DNA of 63,202 nt, counting the filler, from Octopus bimaculoides (Eukaryota): NCBI RefSeq assembly GCF_001194135.2. It is 4 parts of 4 records of this genome, joined end to end, with 100 filler letters (N's around TTAATTAATTAA, not from the genome) between each part and the next. Parts side by side here need not be neighbours in the genome. Positions count along the whole stretch, not along the records: positions 52,858 to 61,765 come from NC_068986.1; positions 61,866 to 63,202 come from NC_068983.1; 2 more parts are not named here. The stretch is one strand, 5' to 3'. The notes beneath the pieces are model-generated. The model had not been told where the DNA came from and did no database searches. It saw only the letters and a program-made list of their open reading frames with translations. Shown piece after piece: positions 55,381-63,202 of the stretch. The position numbers and the translations under genes are program-made. How positions within the stretch are numbered: the first letter of the stretch is position 1; every line of letters begins with the position of its first letter.

Positions 55381-56064
55381 CTGATACATACATACATACA
55401 TACATACGTACATACAAGTATATGTATATGCATATATACGAATAGATACATTCACATATATCTTTTATCTTTTACTTGTTTCAGTCATTAGAATACGGTC
55501 ATGATTGGGCACGACCGTGAAGGATTTTTAGTTAAACGAATTGATTCCTTGCTTCTTCTGTCGGTCACTTTGACTAACTGCTAAGTTACTGGGAGATACA
55601 CCAACCAACACCGTTTGCTACACAGTGGTAAGGGGACAAACACAAAGACAACACACACGCATACCTATATATATGCATACATGCATATATGCGTGCGTAT
55701 ATGTTTGTGTGTCTGTGCTAGTCTGTCCAACTTCGCTTGACAACCGATGCTGGTGTGTTTATGTCCCTGTAACTTAGCGGTTCCGCAAAAGGGACTGATA
55801 GAATAAGTACTAGGCTTACAAAGAATAAGTTCTGGGGTTGATTTGCTCGACTAAAGGCGGTGCTCCAGCATGGCTGCACTCAAATGACTGAAACAAGTAT
55901 AAGAATAAAATAATACATATATATATATATCTTCTTTCACCAAATCCATTCACAAGGCATTCTTCCGCCGAGATTTGCCAAAGAAGACACTTGCCGAAGA
56001 TGCCACGAATTTGACCCTACCCGGAAGCATGCGGTTGGAAAGGAAACTTCAGAATGTATGTATG

Positions 56065-56119
<55 letters not shown>

Positions 56120-56995
56120 ATGAACCCACAAACATGTTCAACAAGGACAGTTCAGAATAGCAAATCCCAAGATATAAAAAGATTCACAAATAAGCATATC
56201 AAACGGATATCACCTTGGTTTCAACATCTAGGCAGTAGCTTCGAGACAGTGGTGTGAAGAGAGTTAAAAACATAAACGCTGCCTGTGAATCAATAGACAA
56301 GCTGTCGGATCAAAACATTAATGTAATATTCCCATTATGCCATCACCTGCTTATTATTACAAATATCAACTACGATTCTAAACAAAATAATATTAATTTA
56401 TTACTACAAAGCTAGAAATAAAAAAAGCAGTATTTATACAACAAAGACATTTCTCTTAAAAAGGACATAGTGATCACTGGAACTATAGTACAATGTTATG
56501 TATGTTATGTTATGTTATGTTATGTATGTATGTATGTATGTATGTATGTATGTATGTGTATGGGCGAGTGTTTCTAAGTATGTACGCATATATGTATTTT
56601 CTTGTTCACACACGTATATTTCCACACAAAAAGCGCACACATTTATCTAAAGTGTAACTGCATTTTATTTTATTCAACTGTTGCTCTTCATGTATAAGGA
56701 TGGAGACGAAGTTTATCCCCACCCCTATTTTTGTGACCTACTTTTCCTTACTATATCTCGGCGGGTCGTCGTTATTAAGTTCTTTGATGTTACAGAAGAA
56801 TATTTTTTATGAGTTTGCTAACTATTTGAAGATACTGTGACTAAACCTAAAGGTTTTGTTGTCGGCATTTCTTTGTTGAAATGTGGTACGTTTTCGCTTT
56901 AGAACGTATAAATACTTAAAAACAGAAAAATAAGCTAATTGACGCATGTTTTCAGTGTTTGTGTGTATGCATCTCTTTACAACCATACACACACA

Positions 56996-57034
<39 letters not shown>

Positions 57035-57072
57035 AAAGAGAAAGACCCGTACACACACACACACACACACAC

Positions 57073-57110
<38 letters not shown>

Positions 57111-57770
57111 ATATTTGTGATAAATTCCTGTGTACCTAATGTTTAACTAAATTTTCCAAACTGCGCTATACGTACACACGTTATCATTAGGTTCGGGAAT
57201 ATTGGCTTCAAATTTTGGCAAGTTCATAGGAAGGGAATAAGTCGATTCTATCGATTTCAGTACAAGATTGGGAGTTTTTAAATCGACCTCGAAATGATGA
57301 ACGGTAAAGTCGGCTTCAGTGAAATTTGAAATCAGAATGTAAAGACGGACGAAATACCGCTAAGCATTTTGCCGGCGCGGTAACGATTTTGCCAGCTCAC
57401 CGCCTTATTATATATGAAGATATATTAAAATATTTAAGTTATTTGCCAGTGTTTTTTGCTTATAAATAATGTACATATTGTACATCTTTTGATTTTTATT
57501 TCTTTGAAAACTTTCTAGGAAAAAGGCATTTGTTTCTCACAAAGAAAAAAGATACATAGAGAATTTTCCTTATGTTGAAAATCCAAAAGCCTTATATTTT
57601 AAAGATTATTACTGAATTAATGAAAGCTGACAGATTGCACGCCAAAGTAAACCAATGAATATAACAAAAACTATAAAATAAATTATGTGACAGTGTTGTG
57701 TCGACGCTCCCAGGCAAAGAAGTAGAATTTCCCAAGACATATAACTAGAGGTGGTCTGGCCGTGGTAGAG

Positions 57771-57870
57771 TGTTGAGTAGCAGTCGAGTATCTGTTGAGT
57801 AGCAGTCGAGTATCTGTTGAGTAGCAGTCGAGTAACAGTCGAGTAGCAGTTGTGTAGCGGTTGAGTAGAG
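57771..57870 (+). repeat. 11/22-bp minisatellite (gagtagcagtc / gagtatctgtt)
   Basis: Directly visible periodicity. Confidence 0.9.
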
Positions 57871-60800
57871 ATCATCCGAAGGTGCTAGATAGCAGTAGCG
57901 TTGAGACATAACAGACAGAGTACTAAATAAAAAAATAATCCTCGTTTTTGATCTAAAACAGTATTTTCAAAAACGACATTCATAACATTAAAGCCCAACA
58001 CAAATCCCTGAAATTCTGAAGTATTTATCAATAAGGCAAGACATATTAACACCCTCGGAGGCATAAAGCTGTACATTCCGTAACTAGATATCGGAAATGA
58101 CTTTCGATTATTCATTGGGCTCTACAGTGCATTAGAAATTCAATCATTTCAAGTAGATGCCAACCGCATGAGATCACTAACATAATAAATATATACGTAC
58201 CACGATCAATGTCCTCAAGCGTTCCACCAGGGTTTACACATTAACAAAAGAATTTCAACATTCCCGAGCGAAGTCATTGGTGAATCACGCAACATATCCT
58301 GGCGGAAAATGAATCCAGATAACACTAGAGACGACCCAATAAAATTAATGCTAATCAACATCAACACGTCCACATACCTCATAATTCCAATACCAACAAA
58401 TCTACTCCCAAACTACCCTATTTTATTCCAAGAATTGACTCACCACAACACTACAATAGCATGGCCAGCAATCTCCAAACCTGTCTTTGATTATCTACAC
58501 ACCATCATCAAATACAGAAGCAGCAGTAGAAGCAGCAGAAGCAGTAGAAGCAGCAGAAGCAGCGGCAGAAGCGGCAGATGAAGCAGAAGCAGCAGCAACA
58601 GCAACAGAAGCAGCAGCAGAAGCAGTAGCAGTAGCAGTAGAAGCCGCATCTTCATCGTCGCGACACATTCGTACATAAACGAACAAAGCAATATTTTTAG
58701 GAACTCACAAGAGTTTTAGCAAAGATAAAAAAAAATCCAGAATGAAATTTCTTATCATTCAGCATCGTCATCATCACCAATATAGGCACCACAATTATGC
58801 CTTTAACAAAATGTATATGCATTCTCAAAAAGTATATTCTACGAGGAAACACAGAAAACTTAACAGAAATAGCCCAGGTCATTGGACAGGAACACAATAT
58901 ACAAAATCATGCAACAAAACTGTGCAACTAACCAAAGAAATAACAAAGAATATATGTCGTAGACATACAGAATACTGGCAAATTTCCATCCAGCATAAAC
59001 TACTGATAAATGTAGACCATGATTTCAGCCTATTTCTTCAAGGAGACACCAGGAAATCAGCATTTGCAACTACTTGTGCTAATACTGTGAAACCCATATA
59101 AACTGGACCAAAATCATCACGTTTTTTAAAGCTCAATTGTCGTCTATATGCAGAAACATCACACAGATTCATTACCCATCTCTGTACACTGTGTGACAAG
59201 ACACTTTCCTACAAAACTAATCCACACATACCCTTCACCGAAGTAAAATATAGTTTTATGTCAACCAGAAACACATGTGTGCATGAAATATCATTAACAG
59301 GAGTGGGGAAAATAGAATAGAATTCTTGTAAGATTCGACTAGAGTGGTTTGGATTTATACCATTTTTGTTGGTTGGTTTGAACTCACACCAAGTGTGTAT
59401 GGTTATAGTGCAAATCTGCTGCTGTCTTTGACATCGCTGCTGGATAAAAACAGTAGAAAACCGCTCCCGGCCGCGTTTCGCCCGGCTCCCAAACGGCTCC
59501 CATCCGATAGTCTGGATTTCGGTAGATCTCATTGTTCGTTCGACCCTACCAGTATTGGTGAGTGGAAAGAAAGGGAACATGAGGAAACTTGTTAAGGTAA
59601 CAGTGACCAACCGGTAATGGAAAGAACTGAACACGTGTGATGCACTACATACGGGTTGGACTGGAGAGGACACGGATCAAATAGATATCTCACTAGAATC
59701 ACAAAGGCATAGGAGATAGTATTAGAAAATAAATCTGTCGTATTAAAAAGGAAGAGCGTTTGGTTAAAGCCGGGGTATTAAGGAAGCCTCTGCACATGAA
59801 TAACATGGAACTGCCGAGCAAAGAAAGCTATCGTAGTGAATGGAGTGGTAAATGGTGGCTTTCTCAAAAGAGCGATGCACATCCATTTTCGATCAATGTT
59901 ATGTGGTGGTACTGGCAGGGCGTTGATGTATGTAATAGGTAAAGAAGTTGAGCAACTTTGGAGCATGTCCTGGCAACGTGTAAGCAATCTTGCCCAGGAT
60001 ATGACACGCTGCTAATTCAAGAATACAATATCCTTAATGGTACACTGAATACTGCAGGAGTGTCAATGTAATGAGAAGTAGAGTTGAAGGAAGGGCTCGT
60101 GTTTCCAAATTATATTGCAATAACGATACTACAGGTTGGGATTGTTTCATGTGAGACTGTAAAAAAACCAAGTCATAGTTGTTGCCTTGGAAAGGTTATA
60201 TAGAATGGACTCATGGAAGAAGGGCCAAATACACAAAATAAATAAAGTGTGGTGAGATAAGGCAAGTGTGATGTGCAAGCACGGTGCAGGAATCGGATTT
60301 TGAAATATCAGAGATAAAAACAAAGAATGCTTCATCATGAATACAGCAGAGGCACATGGAAGGCCAAAGCTATACGCAACGAAGAAATCCTCAGTAGATA
60401 GTAAAACGAAATAATTGCTGGATGATTAGAATGGTTTTCATGTGATTAGACTGCACTTGTTGCATCTGTACAGAGACCAGGGCAAGTACGCTTGGCTCCC
60501 CTGCTCTATATAGAGACGCCACAAGAGACGTTTTCGACCACGAGAAACTGAGAAACTCTTGTAACATCAATGTGACTCGGGATTGCTGAAGGATCCATAC
60601 TGATTGGTGATACAGAAGTTATTATGGTCTCTATACGGCAACTGACGAATTGTGGAGAAGTAATCGCAAAACATTATATATACGTATATAAGGTAGGTAT
60701 ATAATATAGGTATATAAACACGCGCGCACACACACGCGCATGCACACACACAGAAACACGCACACATACACACTCATATACACATAATAGAAGGGTCATA

Positions 60801-61107
60801 AATTCTTCCCAAGAGTACGTCGTAACAAAGACAAACGACATGACACAGGCCTTTATTACAGAGATTGACTGAAAAAAGCCCAGCCCCTTCCAAGAACGCC
60901 TCGTGAAGGTTACGTCATTTGTATAACGGTGAAAATAAACAAACAACGTTATTCAAATAATATGCGCACCAACATTTTAAATCAACCAATGCTGATATCC
61001 GTATTACAACGCATCGAGAAAGTATCATTGATGTTTCACCCACCTCCCTCCACACCGTATACCCATCTCTTTCTCTCTACATATAGTTATACGCCTATGT
61101 ATCAATC

Positions 61108-61177
<70 letters not shown>

Positions 61178-61420
61178 NNNNNNNNNNNNNNNNNNNNNNN
61201 NNNNNNNNNNNNNNNNNNNNNNNNNNNNNNNNNNNNNNNNNNNNNNNNNNNNNNNNNNNNNNNNNNNNNNNNNNNNNNNNNNNNNNNNNNNNNNNNNNNN
61301 NNNNNNNNNNNNNNNNNNNNNNNNNNNNNNNNNNNNNNNNNNNNNNNNNNNNNNNNNNNNNNNNNNNNNNNNNNNNNNNNNNNNNNNNNNNNNNNNNNNN
61401 NNNNNNNNNNNNNNNNNNNN

Positions 61421-61760
61421 ACATGGTTCCGGGTTCAGTCCCACTGCGTGGCACCTTGGGCAAGTGTCTTCTACTATAGCCTCGGGCCGACCACAGCCTT
61501 GTGAATGGGTTTGGTAGACGGAAACTGAAAGAAGCCCGTCGTATATATGTATGCGTGTGTATATGTTTGTGTGTCTGTGTTTGCCCACACCCCATCGCTT
61601 GACAACCGATGCTGGTGTGTCTACGTCCCACTAAATTAGCGGTTCAGCAAAAGAGACCGATAGAATAAGTACTAGGCTTACAAAGAATAAGTTCTGGGGT
61701 CGATTTGCTCGACTAAATGCGGTGCTCCAGGAGGTCACAGTCAAATGACTGGTACATATA
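61421..61760 (+). mobile_element. CORE-type SINE copy
   Basis: Same consensus as 19790. Confidence 0.8.
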
Positions 61761-61865
61761 TATATNNNNNNNNNNNNNNNNNNNNNNNNNNNNNNNNNNN
61801 NNNNNNNNNTTAATTAATTAANNNNNNNNNNNNNNNNNNNNNNNNNNNNNNNNNNNNNNNNNNNN

Positions 61866-61904
<39 letters not shown>

Positions 61905-63202
61905 TACACACAAATAAGGTTCAAATAATGTTAATAAAAGAGGCAAAAAGAGAGGATACTTAATGTTTATATCAGAACAGTTATTCTGTAACATGAGCTA
62001 ATTTAAAATCTCACTATAAATAAAGAACCATGCGAGTAACATCCATTTAAAATTATCCACGACATTAACAGCTATTTGTTAACTGGATAAAAAGTTTTAA
62101 TGTAATTTTAATGTAATGCTACTGAATTTTCTACTTTTCTTTCATAAGGATAGTTTATTTCATTAGTCTAGATAACGACTGTGTTAGAGTGAAAATTTTA
62201 CCCAACCTGATGAGCGTAGAAACGACCACGTAGTTAAGGAATTCTCGTCGCATCTTCGCCGTTTCTAATTCAATTCACTGCACGGTAACCAGAGATATTG
62301 TCTTGTTCTATGCCATAGCATCAGGATGACCAAAGCCTTGTGAGTGAAGATTTAGAGAGAGGCTATCAGTCGTACCGTTCCTACTCAAGGATAGCACTTC
62401 AGCGTTTTTAGTGGAGTACACCCTTGAATGTATTTGAGCTAGATCTAGGGTCTGAAAGTATCTTGCCTCTTTTTCATATTAGTCCCAGAGACACTGAGAT
62501 GGGCTACTATTTTGACTTGACTGAACCATTGAATAAAAAACAAACTCCTGTCTCTCAAACTTGACAGAATTACTTACGCTTCACTGAAAGATACTTTAAA
62601 ATTCATTGAATTACACTGGTCAACACGATTTTTGGTGCCAAGAAGCAAAACACGTTTTTTTAGCTAATTTGATGGTGCTGATTCCGAAAATGACCATAGT
62701 TTTTCATGGTTAACTACCGATTTTGCTGTACTGAAATTGCTCGTTTTTGGAAAAAAAATCAATTTACGATCTGGGCTGATCGCAAAATTTAGTTAAAAAT
62801 GGGAGTAGAAAACCATGAATTTCCAAGTAAGCCGAGCAATTTATGTCAGCCACCTGAAATAAACTATTTTTATAAGAAAAAAAGTGATTTTGTATCAAAA
62901 CTTTTAAAATAGAAGTACCGAATATTTCCAATTTATTGTCAAAATTCAAATTAACTGATAACTGTATCAGTAATACACTTCAGTAAACCTGATAATTAAG
63001 GTAACATAAAAAAATGAAACCCTAAAATCTTCTGTTTGATATTCATAAATTTATCCCATCACTTTCATCCCTTCAATGGGGAAGGAAACCAAGCACATTA
63101 AGAGCTTTTGTTTTCATAGTTAGGTAAAAAACCCAACTAAAGGCATCACAATTGAATGCGCCTATATATATATATATATATATATAGTGAAGTATATTGC
63201 CA

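Overview
Eukaryotic, AT-rich, microsatellite-dense draft-assembly DNA with many N gaps. The repeat families (OR-type CORE-SINEs, RTE LINE tails ending in (GAT)n) suggest Octopus/coleoid cephalopod; this is an inference. (1) A multi-exon minus-strand gene of the large lipid transfer protein superfamily (apolipophorin/vitellogenin/ApoB-like). By hand I spliced 15 phase-compatible GT-AG exons from 21653 down to 5429 (about 1,130 codons), plus weaker upstream candidates to about 47.3 kb. (2) An intronless, disabled NOG1/GTPBP4 retrocopy on the + strand (36379 to the gap at 37545), head-to-head with an RTE LINE 3' fragment. (3) Many mobile-element remnants: RTE, CR1, Tc1/mariner deletion derivatives, tRNA-derived SINEs and Penelope-like pieces. 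The most interesting signal is that several unrelated-looking short repeats each carry a minimal type I hammerhead-ribozyme motif (stem I, CUGANGA+A, stem II, GAAA, palindromic ACGU helix III). Two copies show a compensatory base-pair change, and one motif is fused to a tRNA-headed SINE. No prokaryotic features, CRISPR arrays, rRNA or bona fide tRNA genes were seen. Most entries in the ORF track are microsatellite or N-gap artefacts. All family assignments are from motif recall, not database searches.
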